64,000 bases of DNA from Geosiphon pyriformis uo1 (Eukaryota; Fungi; Glomeromycota): positions 1,681,538 through 1,745,537 of the forward strand of contig JAAOMT010000128.1 of the NCBI GenBank assembly GCA_016748015.1, read 5' to 3'. The notes below the pieces were generated by a model. It worked only from the letters and a program-made list of their open reading frames with translations, was not told where the DNA came from and ran no database searches. The position numbers and the translations under genes were made by a program. Below are positions 1 to 11,887 of the stretch, piece by piece; the first letter of the stretch is position 1; each line of letters opens with the position of its first letter.

Positions 1-197
1 TCTAGTTTTATAGAATTGCTTTAATTGTTTGTTATTACTAATTACTATTTACTATTTTAGCTATTGCTTTGTTTTTTTATTATAAGTAATTATTCTATAT
101 TATTACTAATTATTTTGTGCTATTTTGTGTTATTGTGTATTATCTTGTATTATTCTGAATTATTTTGTATTATTTTGTATTATTTTATGTTATCACA
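1..197 (-). repeat. Probable U3 end of a minus-strand LTR, with a ~10-bp tandem array (tattttgtat-like units, ~101-195); runs off the window edge
   Basis: Tandem units tattttgtgc/tattttgtgt/tattgtgtat/tatcttgtat/tattctgaat/tattttgtat. Ends in ...tatcaca (TGTGATA on minus, LTR-like terminus). Same array-then-TATA layout as the other LTRs here. Confidence 0.35.
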
Positions 198-249
198 TTT
201 TTTTTATGTTATTATGTAGTAATTATATTTTTTTAATAATTTTAAATTA

Positions 250-1525
250 TTTTTTTTTATTTAGATAACAATATTTATTATAATAGCAATAAAAAATATC
301 TAATAACAACCAAGTATTATTGTTGTTCATGTATTTTAAAATAATTTAACTACTCAAAAAGACAAAAAAAATGAGATAACAAATTATGTTTAATCTGTAA
401 AAAAACTTTTTCTAACAAAAAAATATAAAAAAATAGTTTAAAAAAAGAAAAAACATGTAATAAATCATATTAATACATAATTTTTATACATAAATGAATA
501 AAAAAATGCTATTAAAAGCTATATATAATCATGTTTTTATTTGTTTAAATAGTTGTTTATATAACAAAAATAAAATCTAAAGAATAGTAATTACTAAATA
601 TAATAGTATCATTAAAAAAAAATACATGTAATTAAAAACATGCATAAAAAAAATTATTTTTTGTAATATTTAACAATCTAACAAAATTAAATAAGTATTA
701 CCAATTACTAATATTTACTTAAAAAAAACAAAAACAAGATTTAATACAGGGAACTAATAGTCTTACTTGTCAAGAAAAACTTATTAATCTTAATATTTAA
801 TTATGTAAATACTATTTTATTTTATATTAATTCAAATATTGTAATAAATATAATCTTATTTATAATTCACTATCACATATTATCTATTTTATTTTAAAGC
901 TTAACAAACCAATTACCAAAGCCAATAAATTAGAATTAGAGTTTAATTTTAATTCAAATATTACTTTTAAATTTAACATAAATTTTAATATTGTTTCTAA
1001 AACTAAATAATATATTGTCTTTAATTTAATAAAAATAGAAGAATTAAAATAGTTTAGCAAAGATAATAAAGATATTATGTCTAAAAAAGCACATAAAACA
1101 AATATTAAATTTAATTTTAAATATTTAAAACAAGTTTTTATAGTTTTAAAACTTTACTTACTTATTAATATAGATTTAAAATTAGCATTAAAAGTTTTGA
1201 CAACTATTATAGTTTAATTTGCATTCAGATCTAGCTTAATTAAAAAATAAATTACTGTAAAAAAAGAAATAGTTAATACCAAATATATAAGAAATATTGT
1301 TATTATGCTACAAAATAAAGCTAAAAAAATAGCACAAAATATATATTTGTCTTTAATTAAAATATTTAAATTAGTATTAATAAGAATGAAAAAAAATCAA
1401 AAATAACTGCTAAAGAAATTAAAAGATTTAAATCAATAAAAAAATCAATATATTTGTTAACATAACAAAAAAAATTATAGATCAAAGAAAAATTATTTTT
1501 ACAAGTTATATTGTTTTTATTCTGT
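250..1525 (+). pseudogene. pol: Gypsy element A, left part: heavily decayed pol fragment (Cys-rich region, then dUTPase)
   Basis: Remnants such as 'gataacaaattatgtttaatctgt' (DNKLCLIC; cf. DEELCLAC in C) and 'attatgtctaaaaaagcacataaaacaaatattaaatttaat' (IMSKKAHKTNIKFN; cf. IIPERAHPTDAGFD). The pol sequence resumes at ~38033, after element B. Confidence 0.75.
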
Positions 1526-2225
1526 TGTTATTAACTTGTAGTTTGATGAAATATATTTTCAATTTGTAAAAATATTAGAAAAAAAAGAGTATTAAATCAT
1601 AATATAATATTATAACAAATTATATAAAAAAAAGTTTTTTTTTTAAAAAAATATATTTTGATTCAAAATTTTTCTATTAGATATTAATTAAAACTATTTT
1701 CTATATAAATCAATTTTAATAAAACTTAATTTGAAAAACATAAAAATCTTTAATTATTTTTGTTTCGAAATTAACCATTTTATTAATATTTTGAAATTAA
1801 TTAATTACCAATTTTAGTAATCATTAATAACTTTCAGATTTAAATCTTAAATAACTTTATTAACACATTTTTTTAGTTTATTATTATTTTTTCTTTTATT
1901 TTTTTTTATATTATTAAATAGTTTACAGTTAAGATTTCTTGTAAAAGAGTTGACTTTTATAGCAAAGTAATTACACATATTTTTAAAAAGCTTATAGACA
2001 AATTTTTAAAAAAAAACTGATTTTTATTACAAAATAACTATATAAATAATTGGCACAAAATTGGTTATTCTATTTTAAATTCAATAATATATATAGTTTA
2101 AAATATAAAAAAATACTTTAAAAGAAAATTAGCTTATTAAAAATTTATTAATTTTTATTAATAACAGAATTAATAACAAACAACATTAATAATATTAAAA
2201 AAATGTAGAAAAATTTTCAATAATA
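1526..2225 (+). repeat. 5' LTR of element B (about 280 bp shorter than the 3' LTR, U3 deletion)
   Basis: Starts tgttatta, ends ...caataata followed by tttggtg. 1531-2225 aligns with ~37341-38028. Confidence 0.75.
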
Positions 2226-2226
2226 T

Positions 2227-4517
2227 TTGGTGTTTTTTCAAAAATAATACAGCAATAAATAAATTAAAATAATAATTACATTTAATATAACAACTTTAAA
2301 AAATATTACTTAATTTATATTTATTGTAAACAATAATTTAGAATTTGAGACAAAATTACAACTTTTAAAAAAACACTTTTAATACATTAAAAATCGAATT
2401 AATAACTATTTTTTTGGAAACTACAATATCACAAAAATCAAAAAAAATCTTTTTAAAAACTTAATTTATTATTTAAACAAAGATTCAGAAGCTATTAATA
2501 TTAACACTTATATTACTTATTTTGAAAAATTTAATTATAATATTATTAAGTTTTGTAAAAAAAATATTCTGCTAACTCACAATTTATTTTTAAACTTAAG
2601 TTTAAACCAGAAACAAACAACAAAAACAAACAGATAAATACCAAATCTGTTTATACAATTTTTAATATATTAAAGACAATATTCTAATAATTATATACAT
2701 TTAAACAAAAAGCAAGCATTAAACTATTACTTTTAATTACATTTTTTTAGCTTTATTTGTTTAAACACAAACACTAAATTTACTATTCAATTGATTTTTA
2801 AGATCTGAAAACTTTACCAAAAGTCTTATTTAATAGTTTAAATTAATTTATACTAACACTAATTTTTTTAATTATTTAACTGAAAACCAAAACAAATATT
2901 CAAAAACACTATTTTACAAAAAAAAACATTTCTGAATTAATTAAAAAAAAAATTACAGACAACAAAGAAAAAAATAGCCAATATATATATTGTAAAAATT
3001 CTTAATTTTTTTAAAAAAATACTAAAACCAGTTTTCAAAAATGAGTTGACCAAGTTAATAAAGCAGAAAATACAAATAAATAAAATGCAGTAAGAATATT
3101 AAGAACAATTTCTTATTTTTTTAAAAAAACTATAGGCAAATAATTTAAAAGCTTGGCTGTTTTTTTTGTAAATTAGTCAGTTTTTAAAACTGCTTTTCTT
3201 AAACAGTTTATAAAAAACAAAATTTCAATTATACTTTAAAACTGTTTTTAAAACATCAAACAAAAACCATTTGAGTCTGTTATAACTTATATTAAAAAAT
3301 TCAACAAACTTTTTTAAAGGATTTGCCAGCTAAAAACAAATGCTTATTACTCTAATTCTTAAATTTTGGATTAATTTATTACTGGTTTAAATAATAAATT
3401 AATTAAAAAAGTTTATTTATATGTTTTAGCAGATTTAATTACTGCTATTTAATATGCTAAAAACTTCAAAATGGCAATAAAAAAAACAAATTACACCAAA
3501 TTTATTAACTTTACAATTAAAAAAACCACATTAGTAGCTAAAAAAAAATCAATCAGCTTATCAAAAAAGTTAAAACATATTTTGTTAACTAATAATAAAA
3601 GTACTAACTATCTTAATAATAAAACCAAAAAAATTTATTATTATCTAATAACAATCAAACTTAACAATTAAACTCAACAATTAACTGTTATTATTGTAAA
3701 ATTTTAGAATACTGAAAACATAATTGCCAAAAAATGCAATAAAACTAACAATAACAAAATAATTAATATTATTTTTTACTATAATAGCAATTATATAATT
3801 TATTCTTACTTACTTATTACTTACCAAAATTTTAAATTAATTATTATTGGCCTGCTTTATCACAATAACAGCATTATTAATTATCTTTAATTTAAAATTA
3901 TTAATTATTAACAAAAAAATTGGTTTAATTCAACTAATTTAATTTACAAAATTGTTTTTTAATTAATAACAACAGATTTGGTTTTAATAATTAATTGGTG
4001 CTTTACAACAACAATCAACAGTTATTCAGATATTTTTATACTTAACCAAGCTATTTTACAATATCTAAAAACTAGAATTTTTATTATACTGCATTTTTGA
4101 AAAGTAAAGTTATAGCATAATTACAAAACTTTTTTCACAATTCTACCAGCAAAAATTGCCAAAAATATTAATATTTTAAACATATTTTTATTCAAATTTA
4201 AAGCAAATAAATTATTTTTTTTACTTAACAATACAGTAATTTTAAAACAAAAAACAATTACAATAATATATATTAAGACTAAAATTAAAAAAAAATTAAT
4301 TTAATTAATTCTAAACAGTAGATTTGCCAAAAACATTATTATTTATTAATTAATATAAAAACTGAAGTAAAATATAAACCAATTTGTTTAAACAGTAATT
4401 TTTATTATTAATAGTATAAAAAAAACACCAATTAAAAAAATTGACAACTTTTTTTTTATAATTAATAAAATCACTATTTTAATTAAAGTTTTTATTATAA
4501 ATGTATTTTAATATTAA
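2227..4517 (+). pseudogene. gag: Element B gag and protease remnant
   Basis: Decayed gag homology near 2990-3560. Protease region 'ttaattctaaacagtagattt' (LILNSRF from LILDSGS) and IKVFII... continues after the LINE at 20774 as ...NNWLFKTN. Confidence 0.7.
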
Positions 4518-4663
4518 AAAAATTGTTAAAAACTTCTTTTTCTCCTTTGTCCCAAATTCCTAAAAAAGAGTCAAATTTTGAAAGAAGTTTTTTCTGTTTT
4601 TACATACTGTTTTCCACTATTTCACAAGAATCAAACCCTTTCATTGTTGGACCGGCTGCCACT

Positions 4664-6526
4664 ATGAGTGGTCCTAGTGCTAAAAGAAGGTCTGCCAGAG
4701 TTTCAACCACTGGTTCAGTTGGTGGTGGTTCAACTCAAAAAGTCAAAAAGCCTCTTAGTGGTGTTAAACTCTCAAGTGTGAATAAGAATCTCAAAGATGG
4801 TGGGCCTGTTAGTGTGGACGAGCAACTTACTAGCATGGATACGGATGGAGAAGTCTTTGATGATAAAGCCACTTCTGACTTCCAAATAAATACACCTAAT
4901 GTGAAGCATTTCAATACTGGTGCGGCTATTGGTTCCCCTCTCAGCTCTATTAATTATGACATGGATGATGAGGAGGAAGTTTCTCTTCCCCCCTATTTGT
5001 CTTTCTCTTTGGAGAAGGTGTGAGTGAACTCCAAAATTGTTAAAACCCAGGTGGAGGTAGCTGTGAAGAAATCTTTCACTTTGGACATCAATCTTTTGGC
5101 TGTGGAAGGGAAATCGGTGATGACTAAAACTCAGGTTATAAGGAAATTGTTTTCATAAATCAATGGTTTTGGGGGGGCCACTACCCCCTCAAAATTTAAA
5201 GGAATCATCAAATCGACGTTTACTTTGTCAGAAAGCATAGAAAAGACCACCTTATTGGCCAGGAAAAATGACATTGTGGTAAACAGTGATCTTAAGAGAC
5301 AAAGAGTTCATTCAGATTAAGCTGTAGTCATCAAGGAAATTCCCATGGACATGCCAAAGGAAATGATCATCACCACAATATCCAAGTTTGGAGAAATTAA
5401 GTCGATCAAAATTCAGTTGATTAGTTTATGGCAAAAGGCTGTGGTGAAATTCGCCAAATTGGAACAGACTGTGTTCTTGGCTGCTAGGTGGTCCTTCCTG
5501 ATTGGTAAAGACTTGGTTTGTGTGGCTATAGCAGTGGGCGATCGTGAAACTTGGGCATCTAGGGACCAGTTTAGGGCACTTTTGTTTACTTTGCCAGTGG
5601 GGACTACTGCTCATGATCTTGGGGATCTTCTTAAAAGGGCTAGTGGAAAAACTTGTGTCATAAATCGGTCATTGGAGACTGGTAATAGGGTCCACTGTAC
5701 TGTTGTGTGTTTTGATTCTGATGAGGTTTTGGAGTTAGCTTTTTGCACGGAACCGATCCTTGGTGGTGTGAAACTCTCATGGGCTAGACTGGATTTAGTT
5801 CGCTGTGAACAGTATGGGAAGTTTGGTCATTCTGCCTTAGAATGTGATGCTGAGGTTGTGTCAGCTTTCAAATCTTCAAAGTTTTTTATAAGACCTACCA
5901 ACCCTAATACTCATTTCCAGCTGGCCAAATTGTATGCAAAGAAAAATGTGCTGATCTCTCATTCTGTTGCCTTTGGTGGCAAATCTTGGGCTCAAGTGGT
6001 CTCAGTTGTTTCAGTCTCTCATGGTTTTCGTGCTGGTTCTGGTTCTGGTTCCCTGTCTTCTGGTGATTTAAATTCGGGCGGGGTACTCCCTCCTTTATCT
6101 GTGGTCAATTCTCCTTTGAGTGCTTGCTTAGCACTTCTGGAATGCTCTGTGGAGCTTCTGTCTGAACAAATTTCGAACATTCTTTCTCGTTTTGACAATA
6201 TTAGTTCAGCACCCTTGGCGCCTTCCTCTCAATTGGCTCCTTCTGTGGTAGTTCCTCAGTCCCCAACCTCTGTTTCTTTTGTGGTTGCAAACTCCGACTT
6301 GGATTTTGACATGGCAGTTGATGATCCTTTTGTCCAGCCTACTTCTTTATCTTCAGGTGTTACCAGTTTGCTATTGGGTCTAAATAGTTCCAAAGTCCTG
6401 ACTTCCAAAGTTAATGGTCTGGAATCGAAGCTGGTTGCCCTCGACATCTCCGTTGGCTCGATTTTGGCTAAGTTGGATCAGTTGTGTGCTGGCTCAGGTT
6501 CTTTGGTTATCTCTTCATCACAATGA
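4664..6526 (+). pseudogene. LINE ORF1 (RRM-like domains and CCHC knuckle), with premature stops
   Basis: ATG at 4664 (gccactATG). One frame through ORFs 4523-5023 and 5345-6526 with in-frame stops between. RRM-like VVIKEIPMDMPKEMIITTISKFGEIKSI; knuckle CEQYGKFGHSALEC. Confidence 0.8.
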
Positions 6527-9323
6527 CCAGTTTTATTTGGAAAATTGCCACGTGTAATGTTAGGGGAATAAACAATCCTGTAAAGCAGGAGGACATTTTT
6601 TGCTGACATAAGGAATCTGGTAGTTTGATCTCGATTGTTACAGAAACCAAGTTGTATTCCGGTTCACAACCATGGATCATGAAAAAGTTTGAGGGTGTTT
6701 GGGTTTTTACGTCTGGTCTGGATGTTGGATTTTGTGGGGCTGGTGTGGCTATTTTTGTGAACAATTCTCTGGTTTGTCATGTTTCCAAAGTTGAGGAGGT
6801 GAAGGGCAAGGTTTTTTCAATTCGCCTTTTGTTCAAGAACAAGCTTTCTGTGTCTGTTATTGGGCTTTATGCCTATGCGTCTGGTAGTGATCATTTTGCT
6901 CAGGTCTTTGTTATTAATTCATTTATTGCTAATACTGTCAACAAGAGTTCTTTTGTTGTTTTGGGTGGAGACTTCAATGAAGACAATTCAGTCAAGGGGG
7001 CGAGTCTTAGGAAGTGTTTAGGTTTGGGTTTGGTTAATGTTTTTGGTGGTCACTCTCTAGTTAGGATTCCTACTTGGAACAATTCAAGAGGCGTTAGCAA
7101 GGTTTTGGATTACATTCTAGTTAGTGACTCTTTGATTTCAGCAGTTGTAGATCATAATGTTAGTTCTGTCTTGGAATTTTTTGACATGGATCACTTGGCT
7201 GTGTTGATGTCTGTTGGGTTGGGTGGTCTTTTGGATGCTCATTTGAACAGCATCCGCAAACACGCTAATAAGGATTGCTGGAAGTTTAAGATTAAGAATG
7301 CTAATGAGAAAAAGTGGGCGCATTTTAAGAACTTTTCTGAATGTGTGCTTTTGGGTTCTCTGGATAGGTTCAAGATGGCTAAAGATAGTAATGACTTGGA
7401 TGGAATGTGGGGGATGCTAGCTGACGCCATGACTGCTTCTGCTGAAAAATTTTTTCAAGACATTGGTATAGTGAATTTGATTGTGCTAAGAATAGACTCT
7501 CTTCTAAATTTTCCAGGTTGGAGCTTCTGGTTGCCAAGTTATTAAAAGTGCTAAGATGGGATAATACTTTGGGCTTTGATCGTCTGGCTGACACTTGGTT
7601 TAAGGTTGACCCTTCCGAAGCTTCCAAAGTTTTTGGTATGGTCAGGGATGGTGTGGGTCCTGCTGGCTTGATAAGTCATCTTTCAAAGGTTAGAAAGCAA
7701 TATAGAAAGTCCAAATATTGTGAATCTGAGGTGGCCAAAAGATCTGCTATCAGAGATGCAATTGATAAGCATATGGAAAAGTTCAAAATGGACAAAGGTG
7801 GGATGATTTGGAGCATCCTGGAGCGGCCCTTTTGCAAAATCATTCTGGACCATTTGGTTGTTGGTAATTCTCTTATTTTGGAACCTGAAGAAGTGAAGCT
7901 CAAAGTTGATGACATCATGGTTAATTGGACCAGGAAGCGGAATGCTCTTCCTGCCTTGTCTGATTCCTGGGCACAACAATATGCCCCTTTGGCTTATATT
8001 AATGATAGCACCTTCAGTTTGGTTATGTGTGATATTACCATGTGTGAGTTGTCTTCAGTTATAAGCAATCTTCCTGATGGCAAAGCTGCTGGTTTGTCTG
8101 GTATCACCAATAAACTTTGGAAACACACTGGCTGTTTGGTTTTGGAGTGTTTGTTGTCTTTGCTGAACTCTTGTTTGTGTTTTGGTAATGTTCTGGTCCA
8201 TTGGAAAGAGGCCTGGGTGTCTATGATTCCTAAGCTTTATGATTGGGATGGCGTCTTGTCAAATACACGTCCTATTGCATTGATTGAGACGGCCAGGAAG
8301 ATTCTGTCAAAAGTTTTCTCAGACAGGATCTCTCTTGCTTATAGTAGGTTTGATGTCCTCCATGGTAACAACTTTTCTGTCCTCAAAGGCACTTCCACTC
8401 AGTCACCAATTTCAGCTGTAGGTTCGATTGTGGAGGATGCTTTGGAAAAAGGCCGCAAGCTTTGGCTAATTCTTCAAGACATGCACAAAGCGTATGACTT
8501 TGTTGGTTGGCCTCATTTAGAAGCTAGTTTACACTGTATTAAAATGTGCAGCAAGTTTATCAAGTTTTTTGGCAACATTCACAACAGTCACTTCAACAGA
8601 GTCATGATGAATTTTGGCTTTTCTGATAGATACAAAGTTCTTGATGGTTTGGATCAGGGTGAAGTTTTCTCACTTCTTTTATGGAAAATTTTTTATGACC
8701 CTTTGTTATGTGAAGTTGCAAGATCATTTGTGTGGTTATTGGATCAATTTGAACTTTGTGTCGAGGACTGGAAGGATTGAGACTAGTGGGGGTATGACCT
8801 CTTTTTTCGCGGCTGGTGCCTTTGTTGATGACACTATTTGGGTGGGAAATGGACAAGCCTCTATGCAGCACATTTTTAATGTGGCCAGCAAGTTTTTCCT
8901 TATCAATGACATTAACATAAACAACGAGAAGACAGTTGTCATTCCTATCAACAAAAAAGTGGGGGTACCTGTTTTATTTATTAATGGCCAGGCTATCACT
9001 GTTGTCAATCCTGGTGTGAGTCATTGATATCTGGGTATTTTCTTGTCCACCGATAGTTTGTCTAAGCCAAGTCTTGCCAAAGCCAATTCAGATATTAAGT
9101 TTTTCTCAAATATGGTTCTCCAGAAGGCTGTCTCTGATAAACAATTCTTTTATCTGGTTTCAGCTGTTTTGCAGCCCATAGTCAGTTATCGAACGCAGTT
9201 TAGTTTTGTTTTCAAAGCTGTTTGTCTAAAATGAGACGTTCTAATTAGAAGGGGTCTTAGGTCGAAAGCCAATTTGCCGAGAGACTTTCCCAATGAGGCA
9301 TTGCATCACCCCTCTCTTTATGG
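6523..9323 (+). pseudogene. LINE ORF2 5' part: AP endonuclease and reverse transcriptase (stops and frameshifts)
   Basis: APE motifs KIATCNVRG, TETK, LGGDFN, LDYIL, DH. RT motifs MIPK, RPIALIE, QDMHKAYD, GLDQGEVFS, AFVDD. Confidence 0.9.
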
Positions 9324-9533
9324 TGTTACGGTTTAAGAATTTAGCAAAAAGAATCATAAAAATAATACAAACTATTCAATCATAATATAGCACAGTAATA
9401 ATCTTAGAAAGGTAATGATTAACATAGTAGCAAACACCATCTCGCGATAGTGGCAAGCACCAGTTCACAATAGCAGCCAACACCAACTGGTGATAGCAGC
9501 AAGCANNNNNNNNNNNNNNNNNNNNCCGTAACA
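9324..9533 (+). repeat. 5' LTR of C (interior lost in the N gap 9506-9525)
   Basis: 9324-9505 matches 17946-18127; ends ccgtaaca. Confidence 0.9.
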
Positions 9534-9535
9534 TT

Positions 9536-9553
9536 TGGTGAACCCTACGAGGA
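9536..9553 (+). promoter_or_regulatory. Primer-binding site of C (TGGTGAACCCTACGAGGA), probably tRNA-Trp
   Basis: TGG 2 nt after the LTR end. Resembles the complement of eukaryotic tRNA-Trp 3' ends as I recall them; tRNA identity not verified. Confidence 0.65.
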
Positions 9554-9615
9554 AAGAAAATCAAAAAGGAAATAATAATTAGCAATAATTCATTGCTAAA
9601 AAGGAAAAGACAAAA

Positions 9616-11460
9616 GTGGCGACAAAAACCCCTAATCTTACTGTTCTTGAATTCTGCCGTGCTATTTACACACAAAATCAAAGTGATCTTGGATTACCAG
9701 AAGGGTGTTGTCCAGCAGAATCTGCCCTCACTTATTATATCAACGCCAGAATAAATTATCATATAGGAAAGGAAGAAGAACCACACAACGCAAAACTTGG
9801 ATTGTATAGAGAATTATCACAATACACTACAAAAGAAGTAGCAGTAATAACCGCAACTATTGTCAAAATCCATCGAGAAATTGAGCAATACACCAACGAA
9901 AATTTTCCAATATTCACAGAAAACACTAGGGAATGCGCCAACAAAACCAAAGAAAATTTAGAAACTAATCAGGAAAGTAACCAGCAAAAACTAGGAACAC
10001 CAGCTCAAATGCCAAAGAAAACTGTCACTCAATTAATAAAGAAACAACGTATTTATTCACCAGAAGATAAATCATACTATTTTTCACCAGAAAATAAGAT
10101 ACAAATTCCATTAGGAACTGCATCATCATCAACATCAACTCCACAAATGTCAAGAACTCCTAGTTATATTGATAAAATTAAACAACGTAACTGGAGAGAC
10201 ATACCAATTACAGGAGGATATTCATCACTATTCCAAAACCCTCTTTTTCAGCCAAAATTTAGAATGGGGTTTGAAAACCGTGAAGAGGAGTCTGAATCGG
10301 AATCCGAAAAAGAGACCAGCGAAAAAACAATCACAAGACCAGTCACTAGAACAAGCAGCCAGTCCAGAAACCAAGAAACTCGTGATCAAGAGGAAGAACT
10401 GGATATAAGGGAAGCCACCTTTAGGAATGCTCAAGGAAATATCATCCCACCTTCTCTTAGACCAATAAACCCACCAGCAGAAAACGGCAATGAAATGACC
10501 ACACCATACATTGCAAGACTAACAGATTTCTCAAGAGAGGAAGAAGAAACGGACGTGCACACATGGCTCAAAGAAGCACAAAAAGCCATCCAGGCAAATA
10601 ACTGGAATGACCAAAGAGCAATTCAAACATTACCTTTCTTCCTGAAAGGCACAGCCGACTCGTGGTATCAAAGCCTGGAAACAAAACCCACGAGCTTCGC
10701 CGAATTTAAAAATGCACTCCTGGAGTATTTTAGCGACCCAAACGCCGTAATCCAACTACAGAACGAATTCAATACTATCAAGCAAAATACCGGTGAAACT
10801 GTCACCCAATACCTTGCTCGATTCAATCGAATTCGCTGTCAGATTGAAGCAATTGAACAAGGATACTACACTGATCTTCAGGTTTTAAATCAGTTTATTA
10901 GAGGATTAAAAAGCAGCATTTTAGGAAGAGTACGCCCTGCCCACCCTAATTCCTTACCAGAAGCTGTTACGCTCGCCAGAGCCCTTGAATCGGCTAAGAA
11001 AGAAGCTAACCATAGTCAAATAGTTAACATGGTAATGGAGGAAAATAAGACAGAAACATTAGAAAAAAGAGTAACGCGATTAGGGGAGGAACTCTCTAAG
11101 AAAATAGAAAGTTACCTCATCCCGGATCCGAGAAAAAATACATACCAACCACCCCAAAGACGCAGCCAGGAAGTCAGCGACAGTCGAAATAATCGCTCGT
11201 CACGCCAGAAATTCAGAACAGAAACATGCGCCTGCCATTTTTGCAAACGTGTAGGACATTTGATTAGTCAATGTCAAACGCGAATGATGCAGGAAGCACG
11301 CGAAAATAATTACTACGCACCACCCCAAATGCCCAGAAACCAGTACACACCAATAACACGCCAATATCCCACCACGTATCAAAATCAAAGAGTTTACCAG
11401 CAACAGCCCATGATAGCCAACCCGAATTGGCATCCCGAGGCCCGAAATCAGCCCATGTAG
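9616..11460 (+). CDS. gag: Gag of element C (retrotransposon capsid domain and CCHC zinc knuckle)
   Basis: Capsid motifs FLKGTADSWY, IKQNTGETVTQYLARF, QFIRGL; knuckle CHFCKRVGHLISQC. Frame continues past the TAG at 11458-11460 into the protease. The start codon is uncertain (no AUG near the 5' end). Confidence 0.85.
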   Translation: MATKTPNLTVLEFCRAIYTQNQSDLGLPEGCCPAESALTYYINARINYHIGKEEEPHNAKLGLYRELSQYTTKEVAVITATIVKIHREIEQYTNENFPIFTENTRECANKTKENLETNQESNQQKLGTPAQMPKKTVTQLIKKQRIYSPEDKSYYFSPENKIQIPLGTASSSTSTPQMSRTPSYIDKIKQRNWRDIPITGGYSSLFQNPLFQPKFRMGFENREEESESESEKETSEKTITRPVTRTSSQSRNQETRDQEEELDIREATFRNAQGNIIPPSLRPINPPAENGNEMTTPYIARLTDFSREEEETDVHTWLKEAQKAIQANNWNDQRAIQTLPFFLKGTADSWYQSLETKPTSFAEFKNALLEYFSDPNAVIQLQNEFNTIKQNTGETVTQYLARFNRIRCQIEAIEQGYYTDLQVLNQFIRGLKSSILGRVRPAHPNSLPEAVTLARALESAKKEANHSQIVNMVMEENKTETLEKRVTRLGEELSKKIESYLIPDPRKNTYQPPQRRSQEVSDSRNNRSSRQKFRTETCACHFCKRVGHLISQCQTRMMQEARENNYYAPPQMPRNQYTPITRQYPTTYQNQRVYQQQPMIANPNWHPEARNQPM

Positions 11461-11887
11461 AACCAGAACGCGTTGGTCCAGAGAAATCCAAACCGCGCCG
11501 GAACCAATCAGCAAACCAATCCAAACTACCAAAATTATCAACAAACTTACCTTAATATACTGGAAAACCTGATCATCGGAAACAATGATGGTAGAAACAT
11601 AAACAGAACCAAGAATTCCTCCAAATTGAGCCAGACAATACCACCAGCAGTTGCCACCAAAGATAGCAGCCTCGCAGCTATTTTTCCTTTTGAATTAGAG
11701 GAAAACAAGGCTATGTTCAGTGGAGCAGCATTGGACAAAAAACGCCCAATCACTGCTATGTATACGGAAGCCACTGTAAACAATACCCCAATCAAACTTA
11801 TCTTAGACAGCGGATCCGCTGGAANNNNNNNNNNNNNNNNNNNNGAAAGAGGCAGCCGAAGTAGCCGACGAAGTCGCCAGCTACAAC

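Noticed and set aside
4523-4663. N-terminal extension of LINE ORF1 from the TTG at 4523
   Set aside because: This is the LINE 5' UTR. The ATG at 4664 in a good context is the more plausible start.
11458-11460. In-frame TAG between gag and protease as a programmed readthrough site
   Set aside because: It sits in a Gln/Asn-rich stretch and is best explained as CAG>TAG, like the other C>T stops in this copy. I saw no supporting downstream signal.
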